Source: a virus
Lineage: Duplodnaviria > Caudoviricetes
Strand: one strand, 5' to 3'
DNA: 64,000 nucleotides
IMG/VR virus record: IMGVR_UViG_3300022217_000228
Span: 1-64,000 of that record
Shown: piece by piece, positions 38,765-49,347 of the stretch
Position numbering within the stretch: the stretch's first letter is position 1
Layout of the letters: each line of letters begins with the position of its first letter
Made by a program: the position numbers and the translations under genes
Notes under the pieces: generated by a model
Told to the model about the DNA's origin: nothing
What the model saw: only the letters and a program-made list of their open reading frames with translations
The model's database searches: none

Positions 38765-41302
38765 TTATTTCGCAGTCATCCAAAACACATGTCCCAATGT
38801 TCTCCCGTAAGCACTTGCACCAAGATTCCAGCACTCTTTGAAATCCTTTGCAATTATATCCTGCTCGGTGTCTCGATCGAAGGTAAGATCTTCGCCATAC
38901 TTTTTATTTACCAACTGCCGTACACTCATATCCTGACAAACAAGTTCGAAAGTACCGTAATCAATTTCCTCAATACTTCCCCAGTCAACAGCACCGATAT
39001 ATTCATCGACTATATCAGCATGAAGCACTCCGTACCACTCACCAAATTCAGGCAAGTCTTTGATATCCGGGTTATTAGTTGGGCCTCCCCATAAACTGTT
39101 GTTACACCATACGAGAAAGTAATTTGGGGCTTTTTTAATAAAATTAATAGTTCCTTCAATCTTGTCCATTATCTGTCTTGTCTGTAAATAATACCCTGCA
39201 TTATATTTTGCATCACTTGGCATATCACAGTAATGAATAAGAGAATCGCCGCGGCGTGCAGTAATCATAAATCCCGGAACAATTCTAAGTATATTACAAT
39301 TTGGCATTGCTTCTTTATACCGCATATTAAGAAGTCCTATGTGCTTTTCATCCATACGGTTACGCAGTGTTTTATCAGTGGTTATATCGGTTATTACTCT
39401 ACATGTAGGATCGAGTGTTATTCCCTGTGTTTCCCTTGTTACGCTATCATGAACTTGTACCCTGTTGCCTGAAAGCACTCTCACTATTATAGAGCTATAA
39501 TCGGTTGACCAATATATTGTTTTTCTCTCGTCGCATTCAGTATTAGAGAACACATCATCATTAAGCTCAGTTTCTAAAGTAACAATGTTACCACTTTGGG
39601 ACGCCCTCATTACTCTACCGCCGCCGATCGCACATGCTTGTAACGCTTTATTTCCACCTTCGTAATATTCACTACCTACCCTTACTTGTCTGATAGATAT
39701 GTATTCTATTATTGTATAAACTTCTCCATCTTCAAACCTAAGAGGTGTCCCCTCGTCTGCCTTTTCAAAAGAACCTATTTCGGCAGTAACTATATTATTA
39801 CTCATACTTGCATAAAAGGCACCAGCTACTCGATAGTCACCACACCATGTTATTTTATTAGGAGGAAGCTCAACCTTATTATCAGTTGTTCGCGGATCCG
39901 CGCCGTTTTCACTTATATCAGTTGATCGCCAAAGGCTGTAGTGACTCCAATGCCATTCATAATTTCCCTGATCTCTCGGGATATACAGTATCCCTACTTG
40001 ATTTGGGCTGGTTGGAGGCCAGTCATCATCAATCGTGGCACTATCTTCTTCAGTCCCTTTAATGATTGAAGAGACATCAGTTCCGCTCGTTCCTGCGCCA
40101 AGATAGCTTATTGTGGAGTTGCTTTCTTCGCCTGTTGTGAATACAAAATGATCATTATCCGTGTATTCAACCTGTATCCATGGGAATAGAGTATTTATAG
40201 ACTTTTGAAGAGCAGTAGCTACTTCCGCCATATTCTGCACGTTTTCACCAGTAGTACTCATATCAACTAGAAATTCTGCAGCATCATCATTATGGGTAAA
40301 TTTAAACGATGCACCTGGAGCTGCTATTGTTCTGTAATATCCAGGATCTCTATTAGTATCAGACAATCTCGCACATATTAATCGACAACCTGTCTGTGAA
40401 GCAGTATCATTATTTCCAATAGGCTTTTCAGTCCAATACGTTGTATAATCTCTGTTTGGAGTGACTTCGAGATTAAGCCGCGTCGTACCACTTTGCTGTA
40501 GCAATGTTGCTCCAACAGTTGTTCTACTTCTTAAACCATACCCTCCAAGCCTACACATGGAATAAAGGTAATCATATCGTTTTTTATGGACTCTCCTACG
40601 AGTTCTTCCTTCGAGAAGGACATCAGGAATTGGGCCGTTTGCACGCCAAAGGATTCTAACATTATCGTAAAAACTTAATTTGAATATTCCATTCGAATTT
40701 CCTAACATGCTGTAATCGTCAACATCATCATAATCAGATATTACATTGGAAGGCATTCTTCTTGAAACACATAGGCATTCATTCCAACGTGAATAAGAAA
40801 TAGGACTTGTGTATATTCGTTTTCCCCATTGCCATATTTTCCTCTTCATTCTTTTATGGAAGCCGTTAGTATTTAATCGCCCATGAATATAACAACCAGA
40901 TGTTGAATTTCTATTACCTGATAGAGATACTCTTACTTGATCACCGGAAAGATACTCAATTATTTCATCGTGATAATATCCATCATCGGTAGGCCATGCA
41001 ATATGTCTACTGACAAATCCTTGAGTGAAAATGTCATCATTGCAAGTAACGATGTCATCAACTTTCTCCATCGTGTAAGTGTCTTCATCATTATTACAAT
41101 CGTCCCTCCAGATGGGAGGTTGTAGTTCAGACCATAACCACGATGCAAGCCTTGGTTGTATCTCAGTATCGTAACAGTGAGCATTAACCAAGCCGGCAAC
41201 AGATGTGTCGGGGATGTCTTCATGAGGAGCGTTTTTAACCAGCCCTCTACCAAAGTTATGCTGTTCCCAATTCTTCAGGTTGTCATCAGATTGCCTACTC
41301 AT
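38765..41302 (-). CDS. Putative tail nozzle / tubular protein (845 aa)
   Basis: Follows the adaptor-like gene; FGRGL N-terminus; beta-rich. Confidence 0.5.
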   Translation of the reverse strand: MSRQSDDNLKNWEQHNFGRGLVKNAPHEDIPDTSVAGLVNAHCYDTEIQPRLASWLWSELQPPIWRDDCNNDEDTYTMEKVDDIVTCNDDIFTQGFVSRHIAWPTDDGYYHDEIIEYLSGDQVRVSLSGNRNSTSGCYIHGRLNTNGFHKRMKRKIWQWGKRIYTSPISYSRWNECLCVSRRMPSNVISDYDDVDDYSMLGNSNGIFKLSFYDNVRILWRANGPIPDVLLEGRTRRRVHKKRYDYLYSMCRLGGYGLRSRTTVGATLLQQSGTTRLNLEVTPNRDYTTYWTEKPIGNNDTASQTGCRLICARLSDTNRDPGYYRTIAAPGASFKFTHNDDAAEFLVDMSTTGENVQNMAEVATALQKSINTLFPWIQVEYTDNDHFVFTTGEESNSTISYLGAGTSGTDVSSIIKGTEEDSATIDDDWPPTSPNQVGILYIPRDQGNYEWHWSHYSLWRSTDISENGADPRTTDNKVELPPNKITWCGDYRVAGAFYASMSNNIVTAEIGSFEKADEGTPLRFEDGEVYTIIEYISIRQVRVGSEYYEGGNKALQACAIGGGRVMRASQSGNIVTLETELNDDVFSNTECDERKTIYWSTDYSSIIVRVLSGNRVQVHDSVTRETQGITLDPTCRVITDITTDKTLRNRMDEKHIGLLNMRYKEAMPNCNILRIVPGFMITARRGDSLIHYCDMPSDAKYNAGYYLQTRQIMDKIEGTINFIKKAPNYFLVWCNNSLWGGPTNNPDIKDLPEFGEWYGVLHADIVDEYIGAVDWGSIEEIDYGTFELVCQDMSVRQLVNKKYGEDLTFDRDTEQDIIAKDFKECWNLGASAYGRTLGHVFWMTAK

Positions 41303-41985
41303 TAAAATGCCCTTTTAACACAAAATGACGATAGTCCCTGCTCTCCATCGTCTAATTCAGTCCAATATTTAGGCTTTAGTACTGTTTCGATATATTTAGT
41401 AACGGCAAGTTGTTTCTTATGATCATTGATTGCATCAATAAGAGACATGGTAGCCTGCATGAGAAGCTGCTCTGCTGCAGGGCTCGGGCATTCATGCTGT
41501 ACGCGTGGACTTGTTATTTCTGTTGGGAGCCTATAACTTATTCTTCGAAACAAGGATGACGTGCCCCCGGGATTAACACCCCTAAACATAAAAGTGGCCG
41601 GAGTGACACTTCCACTTCCGGCTACTCTTGCAGGCGTACTTTTTATATTAACGACACGAAGGTATTCCAGACCTTCAAAAATGAACTCCTCAGTTCTCCA
41701 GTCACTTGTCCATGCATTAGGCAACGCCTGATCACCGTCTATCACAATATGTTTTACCTGCCAGACAGTAGTAGGACAAGTATATTGGAATTCATTGTTA
41801 CGTGTTGTTACGTATGGAAAATCTCCCGTCGCTGAGTCATAGAGTAAATTCTGTTCTCTTTCCGCAGTATTAAGAAGCCGGTGCGCCTGATTGTACAGTG
41901 GCAGGATTCCTTTTTGACTTCCCTCCGGGTTCCATCCGTGGCACTCCAGCGCTATCCACGTCAGATGTTGATTCGTCGACGCCAT
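41302..41985 (-). CDS. Putative head-tail adaptor
   Basis: Size and position between capsid and nozzle genes. Confidence 0.45.
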   Translation of the reverse strand: MASTNQHLTWIALECHGWNPEGSQKGILPLYNQAHRLLNTAEREQNLLYDSATGDFPYVTTRNNEFQYTCPTTVWQVKHIVIDGDQALPNAWTSDWRTEEFIFEGLEYLRVVNIKSTPARVAGSGSVTPATFMFRGVNPGGTSSLFRRISYRLPTEITSPRVQHECPSPAAEQLLMQATMSLIDAINDHKKQLAVTKYIETVLKPKYWTELDDGEQGLSSFCVKRAF

Positions 41986-42592
41986 CTATATCATCTCCCT
42001 TTTTTGGCCGCCCTCTTCTCCCAGGCGATTTTTGAGATACTTCCTGTTTTTCAATTTCTTCCAGCTTCTTTAAATCAGCAGCAATTCTGCGTTCGATTTC
42101 TTCTTTAGGACTAAGTTCTGTTTTAAACGGTTCATCTTTTATTTTTTCAATCTCTTCAGCTAATTTTGAATCAACAACAACGAGTTCACGATGTGTTGAA
42201 ATGAAATGTCTGTTCCAGTTGTCAGGATCATCCCAGATATCGGCTTCGATTTCACCGGTAATAGATTGCCTAAAAAGCAGCGCACGTGCTCCTGGCCGTG
42301 CCTGCCATTCTGTTTTTCCAGTACTAACATCAGTCTTCTCATATGCTTCTACATCTCTAAGGCCATGAATTCTTATGTTAAAACAAACGCCTTCGCTATC
42401 AATTTGCGGTATTGCTCTGCCTTCATAACGAACCTTTATGAACTTTTCGCCTTTCCGCCTGAGATTTTCAATGTTTTTTAGGTGTTCTCTGTCCTGTTGA
42501 GATTTAAAAAAATCCGCTAACTGATTCATGTTAATCCTTTCTTTTGGTGGATACAAAGACAGGGGTATTAACCCCCTGTCTTCACAATTCAA
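41870..42592 (-). CDS. Hypothetical protein after the capsid gene (true start probably near 42530)
   Basis: AAAGG RBS before MNQLAD; RRGRPKK tail. Confidence 0.6.
   Translation of the reverse strand: MNCEDRGLIPLSLYPPKERINMNQLADFFKSQQDREHLKNIENLRRKGEKFIKVRYEGRAIPQIDSEGVCFNIRIHGLRDVEAYEKTDVSTGKTEWQARPGARALLFRQSITGEIEADIWDDPDNWNRHFISTHRELVVVDSKLAEEIEKIKDEPFKTELSPKEEIERRIAADLKKLEEIEKQEVSQKSPGRRGRPKKGDDIDGVDESTSDVDSAGVPRMEPGGKSKRNPATVQSGAPAS
42556..42582 (-). terminator. Intrinsic terminator after the capsid gene
   Basis: AAGACAGGGG/CCCCTGTCTT stem followed by TTTGT. Confidence 0.65.
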
Positions 42593-42604
42593 TATTATGC
42601 AGTA

Positions 42605-43894
42605 CTATGCATTCTCTACACGGCCAAGCACAACCAGTACTGAGCCGAAATACTCACGCTGCGCACCGGTAGGATCAACAGGTGTGGTATCAAACTGTAG
42701 ATGCTGATATCCACGATTACCTGCATAACCGACACCATTACGCACATTGTAATCCCAATCCTGAGAAATCATATGCATCTTCTCAGGTTCCATCAGATAC
42801 AATGAACCTGCACCATGAAGGATAGATGCATCACGTACCAATGGATTCTCAAGTTGTCTCTGGTCGTTTGCAGTAGGCCACATATAACCAGCTTCCAGGC
42901 CAAAAGGCTCTGCAGTACCACTCGGGATAAGAGTAGCGAGTCTGTCGTCACGAACAATGTAAATTGTTGCACCGGCAGCGCTTTCCCATTTCCCTTGTAT
43001 ACCATACCAGTTCTGTACTTTATGATCTTTGATATCATCAACACGAGTATAACGACTTCCAAGCGTATCGATGAACCGAGGATTGGTAAATCGTGCCGCT
43101 TGAAGCTGTGATATCGTTAGAACAAAAGCCTGATTTCCTTCGATTGATAACGGCCATAGCCGACGCAGAAATGCAAACCGAACAAGATCATCCATTACCC
43201 TACCGGAAAGCATTTGTGCTGCAGTCTGCGGAAATGTTCCGGTTCCACCTGAAGCAGTATCCATTGCACTAACAATTCGATTGGTATACGTTGCCCAGTT
43301 GGGATGGAATTGCGGTTGATGGAAAATGTCTGTTGCGCCATTGGCAACATAGCAATGACGGTTCCATTGGGCAGGACATACGTTTTGAGTCGAGCCTGCC
43401 ATGAGATTCCAACCGTATGTTTCTATCAATCCCATGTGGATTTCAAGATCTTCCTCTGCCGCTGCATGAGGCGCCAAATCCTTAGCATGGGTTTCATAAA
43501 GCTTATAGAATTCTGCATCAAGCTTATGCTCACCATAACCAGGCTTGTCCTGAAATACGATACGATAGTTATTACGATACAGTGTACCATTTTTCACTAT
43601 CGGTGGTATTTCAGTTCCCATTGCAACTGCATTACCGCGGAGAATATTAGCATCGACTTCCATCTTAAGACCGACGCGTACATTATTTGCGCCGCCGATC
43701 TCTTCCGGAGCCAAGCGAACAATAACGTCGCTCGGCATGGATAGCTCCTGCCGTTTATAGATTATCCTTTCACCGGTAATATTTGCATATATCGACTTTG
43801 GAATAGCTCTCCTGCGGAGAGTATTGCTGAACTTCCTTACAACAAGACTTCCGCCAGAAAGAGTATTCAAACTAGTATAATTTCTTACACCCAT
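42605..43894 (-). CDS. Major capsid protein (N4 gp56/DUF4043-like)
   Basis: 429 aa after the scaffold gene; GGANNVRVGL...ILRGNAVAMGTE resembles this family; AAGGAG RBS and downstream terminator. Confidence 0.75.
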   Translation of the reverse strand: MGVRNYTSLNTLSGGSLVVRKFSNTLRRRAIPKSIYANITGERIIYKRQELSMPSDVIVRLAPEEIGGANNVRVGLKMEVDANILRGNAVAMGTEIPPIVKNGTLYRNNYRIVFQDKPGYGEHKLDAEFYKLYETHAKDLAPHAAAEEDLEIHMGLIETYGWNLMAGSTQNVCPAQWNRHCYVANGATDIFHQPQFHPNWATYTNRIVSAMDTASGGTGTFPQTAAQMLSGRVMDDLVRFAFLRRLWPLSIEGNQAFVLTISQLQAARFTNPRFIDTLGSRYTRVDDIKDHKVQNWYGIQGKWESAAGATIYIVRDDRLATLIPSGTAEPFGLEAGYMWPTANDQRQLENPLVRDASILHGAGSLYLMEPEKMHMISQDWDYNVRNGVGYAGNRGYQHLQFDTTPVDPTGAQREYFGSVLVVLGRVENA

Positions 43895-43953
43895 ATGTTA
43901 CTCCTTTTCAAGTTAAGTTTTGTTGCGATTCTACTTCGCTCTACACCTGAATA

Positions 43954-45537
43954 TCAGGCAACTTGCTTCCAATGATCTTCGACATCAGGAACAGGTAGTT
44001 TGAGTGTTTCACATGCTTTCTTAACGGCGTTAAACATATCCCATCCACGTTTATCGCCATTACGTAACAACCGTTCCATTTTTTCTTCATCAACGGTCAT
44101 ACGCCCTTGTTTTTCACCAAGGATTTCAAGAGCCTGGTCTTCACTCATATCCTGTCCTTCCGGTGGAGCACCAGTGGGAGAAAGGGTAGGAGATGATGTA
44201 TCTCTCTTTTGAATAGATTCATTCAAACTCTGCTGCCCTTGTTTCTCAGCCTCAATGATTTTCATCTCATTTTCAAGCGTACTTAATCCACCTGAGTCTT
44301 TCATATTTTGAAAAGCTGCGCCAAAATCAGGAAAGGTTATTTTGTTGCCACGAAAATCTTTGACAGGAACTCGTCTTCCAGAGCGTGAATCAATTTGTTC
44401 TCCACGTTGTCTCCAGTATACATTCATTAGAATACCGTAGTTTCGAATATCATTACCATTGATTCCGAAATCTGCAGGGTTAATACCTTCCTGCTCACAT
44501 ATTCTAGTAAGTTCGCTGTCATTGGCATTATAAGCACTTACAAGCTTGTTGACCTCATCAAAGTTCTCTGGGTTTCTTCCATACACCCTCCGTGCCATAC
44601 TTATAATAGATGACTCAACATCATTACGATCGTCGGCATAAAGCGGCTTTGAAGTCTTCAGCTCTGGATGTTTAACCTGTAAGTCAGCTAATCCCCTTTC
44701 AGCAGCCTTTTGTTCATGTTCAGCTTTGCGTCTTGCCTCACCCACTTTGGTAGTTTCAGACACGCTCCTTATATTGTCTTCAAGGCTTTTGTACCTTTTT
44801 TCTGCATTTGTTCGATAGTTGGTAAACTCAGTTTTTACACTATCGAGTTCGCCCAACGTTTCTTCAAGTGCATTAACAGTGCCTGAAATTGCTTTCTGAA
44901 GAGGTTCAATTTCATCCCCTTCATAATTGTTAAGCTTAGATACTTGCTCATTAATAGTATCGAGTCGGCTACTAAGCTCAGAGCGTTTTTTAGTACTCAT
45001 AGGTTTTGATTCTATGGTACTCTTAACTTCCTTTGAAGCAGCCCTCAATTCCTGAAGCTCTCTTTGGAGTTCTGGAACTGTTTTGGCTGTGTTTTCAAGT
45101 TCTGCTATACGCTCTTCATATACATGCAATTTTCCTTCAGCACTATTCGCATAACGGCGTGCATGTGCCGTTTGCTTCAGTATTTCAGGAGCGCTTTTGT
45201 AATTACGTATCGATTCATCAAGATCACTTCGTTTTACCTTGCCGAGAGTTGAAAAATCAATGTAATCGTCCTCACTTTCTACCGTTTCAACAGACTGTTG
45301 TGGCTCTTTCTGTGTTACGGTTGGCTCTTCTGTTGGCTCATTGGGGAGAACTTCAGAAGCCGCTTCTTCAGAAATAGACGCATTGCGTATTTCTTCTTCT
45401 TTGAGTTCCTGCTCATGCTGCCACTCCTCGATATTAGCTGTACCCTTGGGGGGTTCATCAGGAAGTTCGGCTAAAGCAGTGTCTCGTTCTTCCTCGTTTT
45501 TAAAAACGAGTTCTTTTGCTTCATCTGGCATCTTCAA
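43954..45537 (-). CDS. Capsid scaffolding-like protein
   Basis: Acidic N-terminus and long coiled coil, between portal and capsid genes. Confidence 0.6.
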   Translation of the reverse strand: MKMPDEAKELVFKNEEERDTALAELPDEPPKGTANIEEWQHEQELKEEEIRNASISEEAASEVLPNEPTEEPTVTQKEPQQSVETVESEDDYIDFSTLGKVKRSDLDESIRNYKSAPEILKQTAHARRYANSAEGKLHVYEERIAELENTAKTVPELQRELQELRAASKEVKSTIESKPMSTKKRSELSSRLDTINEQVSKLNNYEGDEIEPLQKAISGTVNALEETLGELDSVKTEFTNYRTNAEKRYKSLEDNIRSVSETTKVGEARRKAEHEQKAAERGLADLQVKHPELKTSKPLYADDRNDVESSIISMARRVYGRNPENFDEVNKLVSAYNANDSELTRICEQEGINPADFGINGNDIRNYGILMNVYWRQRGEQIDSRSGRRVPVKDFRGNKITFPDFGAAFQNMKDSGGLSTLENEMKIIEAEKQGQQSLNESIQKRDTSSPTLSPTGAPPEGQDMSEDQALEILGEKQGRMTVDEEKMERLLRNGDKRGWDMFNAVKKACETLKLPVPDVEDHWKQVA

Positions 45538-45800
45538 TTGCCTTTCTTGGTTGCAGGTGGCTCCTCTTAAGTAGTTGGCTACTCATAAGGCTGCTTCCCT
45601 ATTAACAATCATTTATATAAAACACGCCACTACTTCTTTTTTGGAGAAGGTAGCGGCATAAGAAAAATCAAATCTAAGGGTGGATCCGGTTCGCTGTCAT
45701 ACGTGTTCTCCTCACATCCGCCGAGAGTTTTATAACGATTATCCAGATTTTCCTGAATAGGAGTAGGTTCGATTTTTAATTTTTCCATAATGGCACCCTT

Positions 45801-47957
45801 CTATCCCGGTATTGCAGGAGATTCATTTCCAAGTCTGTTTATATTCTGAACTCGCTGTTCTCTTTCCGTAGGCATTGATTGTTCTTGTGCAGGTCCGACG
45901 CTCATTGCTGCAGGTGTTGCTTGTTCTGGAATACTTGGCTGTTGTGCCCCTCCCTGCATTTTGGCCTGCATATTCTGCATCATTCCTTGAAGCTGCATCT
46001 GCATCGATTTCGCTTCCATTCCCTGTGCTTTTAATCCCTCGATTTGGGTGAACAGCGACAGTATATCACGCATTTCTTTAAGTGTTCGCATGCGCTCAAT
46101 CTTCAACTGCTCTTCCGGTGTTCTTTCTATGGTACTGAGAAGATCGTATGTGAGCATCTGGATTTCCTCTTTAAACAATTCCGGATGAGCAGATAGCATC
46201 TTGGTTGTATCGAATAGTTCAAGCCTTTTCTCCATGCGTTTTGTCGGAGAAGATTTTGAAAGCCGAACAACAACTCTTGCGCGTGGAAGATCGCTTATTG
46301 AGTTTATATAAACCTTTTCCCTGCCTCCATTTTGATTCGTTCTAAATGCAGGAACATTGAATTCAACCTCTCCGCTACCGCCGGCCATAGGGATTTTACG
46401 ATACAAATCTTTGTACGAGATTTGAGCTTGGTTGTACCATGCTTCTGCCTTATCCATAAGGAATTGCTGCCAAGCACCGTATAGGCGTAGTGTTCCGAGC
46501 TTTGTGATTTCATGGCGCAATTCAAGAAGAATGCCAGATTGATCCCTTTCGGCAGCCCCTTCGAGTGCAGGAGTAACAGGCGTTACTCTATCAAGCAGGT
46601 CGATTATTTCATTAACCTGTCTAAAAATGTGCTCCGGAACTTGTCCAACTGGAAATAATGCAGCTACATTATCAGGAGGGCCATCAACGGCATGAACGTA
46701 ATCAGGACGGGTTTTATTCTGCATTATTTTTTGAACACCCTGTTTGCCGCCAACTTTGTTTTGATCAACAAAGGTTGCTCCTGAAGCGGCAGCAGCAATA
46801 ACGTCATCCATCTTTGATTGTCGATAATTAAGTGTTCTGTTTAAATCGAGGCCGTATTCGAATACGCCTTTTCTTATACCAAACATTTTGTTGGAAGAGA
46901 ATTCGAATAGACCTATCATCCCAGGTTGTGTAGGATGTTTTCCTCTGACGAAAACCAAATCAGGTGCAATTCCGGTTAGATCAGGTGATATAATACCATA
47001 ATAAAGAATATTGTCTTCATACGGAAATTCTCTTATATCTGACCAGGTTATACCCGTTTTTTCCTTAAAATCACGTACTTGATCTTCCGTTACTTTTAAT
47101 GGAAATGCAAACCACTCGCCAGTTTGCATTTTTGCATGTAGGCGAGTGGTTCTTAGCTTTTCAAGCCAACGGTATTCGGTAACGAGATAGCGTGATCCAC
47201 TTTTTGTCGGCAGGTTTTCCCATGCCCGTACATCATCGCCTTCATTGGCGTAATCATAGCCTATCGCAAAATCACGTTCGGCGAGTTTTCTTACACTATC
47301 ATCGCGGCAATCAAGCTCTTCTATCATCATTTCCGGAGTGAGGTATCCGTCTATCATGGCCTTACGCCAGTTTCGTATCTCGTTGTCCTGCCAAAAAGGA
47401 TCCGAAAGAACGGTTCCATCCGTGCAGTGCTTGAAACTTATTGCACCTGTTCGTCTGATATCATAATCAAGACACATCATTTGTACACCGGAATGTAGTA
47501 ACCCCGACATATTTGACTGATTATCTGCTGTTTCATACTTGTACTGATCTTTATCGGCGAAATACCAATGCTTTATAGAGTCTATGAGCGTGTTTTCGTC
47601 TATATCCAATGCTTTAAAATCGAAATCGAAGCGTTCTGACATCAATGAGCCACTTAGGGTTTCCATTTTTTGTTTTAATATATTTATACTTGTTGGGTGA
47701 CGATCGGCGTTTAGTAGTTGGTTGCGTTCTGTTTCAGGCCACATTCCTCCGTTAATATCCATGAATGCCTGCATTGCATCATAATATCGTTCTCTTGAAT
47801 CTTGATGACATGCAAGCCAGCGTGTGTGGAGATCTTCGACATGCCGAACGAATTCCCCATCAGATGAGCGCATCCGCATGGAGGTTTTAGTGTTTATGTT
47901 AGCTTTTTCTATCGGGAATTCTATGTCGGAAGTGAGATGTAGTGGATACTTGTTCAT
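45801..47957 (-). CDS. Portal protein (P22/podovirus-like)
   Basis: 718 aa; FMDINGGMW, SINILKQK, Q-rich C-terminal extension; first gene of the head module. Confidence 0.8.
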   Translation of the reverse strand: MNKYPLHLTSDIEFPIEKANINTKTSMRMRSSDGEFVRHVEDLHTRWLACHQDSRERYYDAMQAFMDINGGMWPETERNQLLNADRHPTSINILKQKMETLSGSLMSERFDFDFKALDIDENTLIDSIKHWYFADKDQYKYETADNQSNMSGLLHSGVQMMCLDYDIRRTGAISFKHCTDGTVLSDPFWQDNEIRNWRKAMIDGYLTPEMMIEELDCRDDSVRKLAERDFAIGYDYANEGDDVRAWENLPTKSGSRYLVTEYRWLEKLRTTRLHAKMQTGEWFAFPLKVTEDQVRDFKEKTGITWSDIREFPYEDNILYYGIISPDLTGIAPDLVFVRGKHPTQPGMIGLFEFSSNKMFGIRKGVFEYGLDLNRTLNYRQSKMDDVIAAAASGATFVDQNKVGGKQGVQKIMQNKTRPDYVHAVDGPPDNVAALFPVGQVPEHIFRQVNEIIDLLDRVTPVTPALEGAAERDQSGILLELRHEITKLGTLRLYGAWQQFLMDKAEAWYNQAQISYKDLYRKIPMAGGSGEVEFNVPAFRTNQNGGREKVYINSISDLPRARVVVRLSKSSPTKRMEKRLELFDTTKMLSAHPELFKEEIQMLTYDLLSTIERTPEEQLKIERMRTLKEMRDILSLFTQIEGLKAQGMEAKSMQMQLQGMMQNMQAKMQGGAQQPSIPEQATPAAMSVGPAQEQSMPTEREQRVQNINRLGNESPAIPG

Positions 47958-48232
47958 GTCATATCTTCCATTATATATTCTACTGATTTATTTTCATCCA
48001 TTAATCGTACAGATCTTACGCCTTCTGAAACAACGGCGACACTATCAAAATTAAAGTGTTGTGTTATTGGCAATAATTTAGCAGTTATACCACCATTTTT
48101 ATTTATATCAACCTGTACCCATCTGTTGCATTTTCTGTCACCACAATGCACCCAAAACCTCTTTTGGTGTGGATCATATGCTATAAGTATCTTGGGATAT
48201 TGGTGGTTCGGACAATTAATTCGCACTTTCAT
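47954..48232 (-). CDS. Small Zn-binding protein upstream of portal
   Basis: CPNH...HCGDRKC. Confidence 0.6.
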   Translation of the reverse strand: MKVRINCPNHQYPKILIAYDPHQKRFWVHCGDRKCNRWVQVDINKNGGITAKLLPITQHFNFDSVAVVSEGVRSVRLMDENKSVEYIMEDMT

Positions 48233-48328
48233 CTACTATAATAATAGTACTTAAGCGCAAAAATAAATAGTGACGCTACTCCACAGGTAGCATGATTTTA
48301 AAAACTAACTATGTAAACGGTAGGAAAA

Positions 48329-48994
48329 CTAGGTGCCGGAAACAATTCTCCAGGTGCGTTGATTATCCCATTTTTGGATAATGCAAGCTACCTGTTTTCT
48401 GCTGCTTCCGCCTTGGGGGATTGGCCAACATGGGTATTCCCAATCCAATACGTGGCCGAATTTTTCGGGGATTTGCACTTTAATCTTTTTGAAGTCTACC
48501 CACATTAATTTATTAACGTAATCAGACGGGATGCCGAGGGCTATCGCTTCGGTTTCATCGTTATATCCCCATCTGTTTGAATCGAATTTTGATTCTCTTA
48601 CCCATCTGCCGCTTTTGGACCACCACCAGAATCCTTGAAAATTGAAACCTATCCAGTGACAGAACTTTGCTCTCTTTGCCCCGCGCCTTAGTGTAAACCA
48701 TGTGGCCATATCAGTATCTTTTCTTCTCGCTACTTTCTCGCGGGAGAAAAACATGTTCTTTTCCCTGAGGTATTCTATATAATCATCAAGTTGTTTCTTG
48801 GTGATACCATCAGCATGGATGCACATATCGATGTCGTTGTCATGGCCTATAAAATCGTTTTCGCGTATGATACCGAGAAGAAGGCCGAAATTAACGAAGA
48901 GTTTATCTTTTATACCAGCTTTTTCTGCGCATTCGTAGCATATGGACAGATCCTCTGTAGCGTACAATTTTCTCTGATAATCAAAAAAAGCCAT
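48329..48994 (-). CDS. LicD-family nucleotidyltransferase-fold protein, paralog 1
   Basis: FVNFGLLLGIIRENDFIGHDNDIDM; KVQIPE...LDWEY. Confidence 0.85.
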   Translation of the reverse strand: MAFFDYQRKLYATEDLSICYECAEKAGIKDKLFVNFGLLLGIIRENDFIGHDNDIDMCIHADGITKKQLDDYIEYLREKNMFFSREKVARRKDTDMATWFTLRRGAKRAKFCHWIGFNFQGFWWWSKSGRWVRESKFDSNRWGYNDETEAIALGIPSDYVNKLMWVDFKKIKVQIPEKFGHVLDWEYPCWPIPQGGSSRKQVACIIQKWDNQRTWRIVSGT

Positions 48995-49005
48995 TAATGT
49001 CCTTT

Positions 49006-49136
49006 TTCACAACGGTCCGCGAATATGTGCAGTGCTGGAGCCATCCGGCTTATTTACGCGCCTTTGGGCTGGTGCCGAAACCCGCATAATCCAACTTAGT
49101 AGCACAACCAGCATTGCATATATTCGCTGTTGTATG
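49006..49136 (-). other. attC-like site of a solitary cassette
   Basis: CATACAAC-AGCGAATATATGCAATGCTGG ... CCAGCACTGCACATATTCGC-GGACC-GTTGTGAA. Confidence 0.85.
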
Positions 49137-49283
49137 TTGAAGGAGATTTCCTCCATAGTGTAAAAGCGATATGTTAATTATTTTTCCCGGACGGAACGGC
49201 CTTATCCGATGTTCCGTATATTTGATAATTAACTCTCGGATGCGATATCGCATTACAACCATAAAAGAAATCTCCTTTTGCAT
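49050..49283 (-). CDS. Cassette-borne hypothetical protein (likely start 49262)
   Basis: AAGGAG RBS just after the entry core; HTTANI is encoded by the hairpin arm. Confidence 0.6.
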   Translation of the reverse strand: MQKEISFMVVMRYRIRELIIKYTEHRIRPFRPGKIINISLLHYGGNLLQHTTANICNAGCATKLDYAGFGTSPKARK

Positions 49284-49308
49284 ACAACTATATTAGTGTG
49301 AAATATAT
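49277..49308 (-). other. attI-like cassette entry site B
   Basis: ATATATTTCACA-8 nt-GTTGTATGCAAA. Confidence 0.55.
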
Positions 49309-49347
49309 TATTCAAGTAATGCACTACATAATTAGAACAATGTCATT

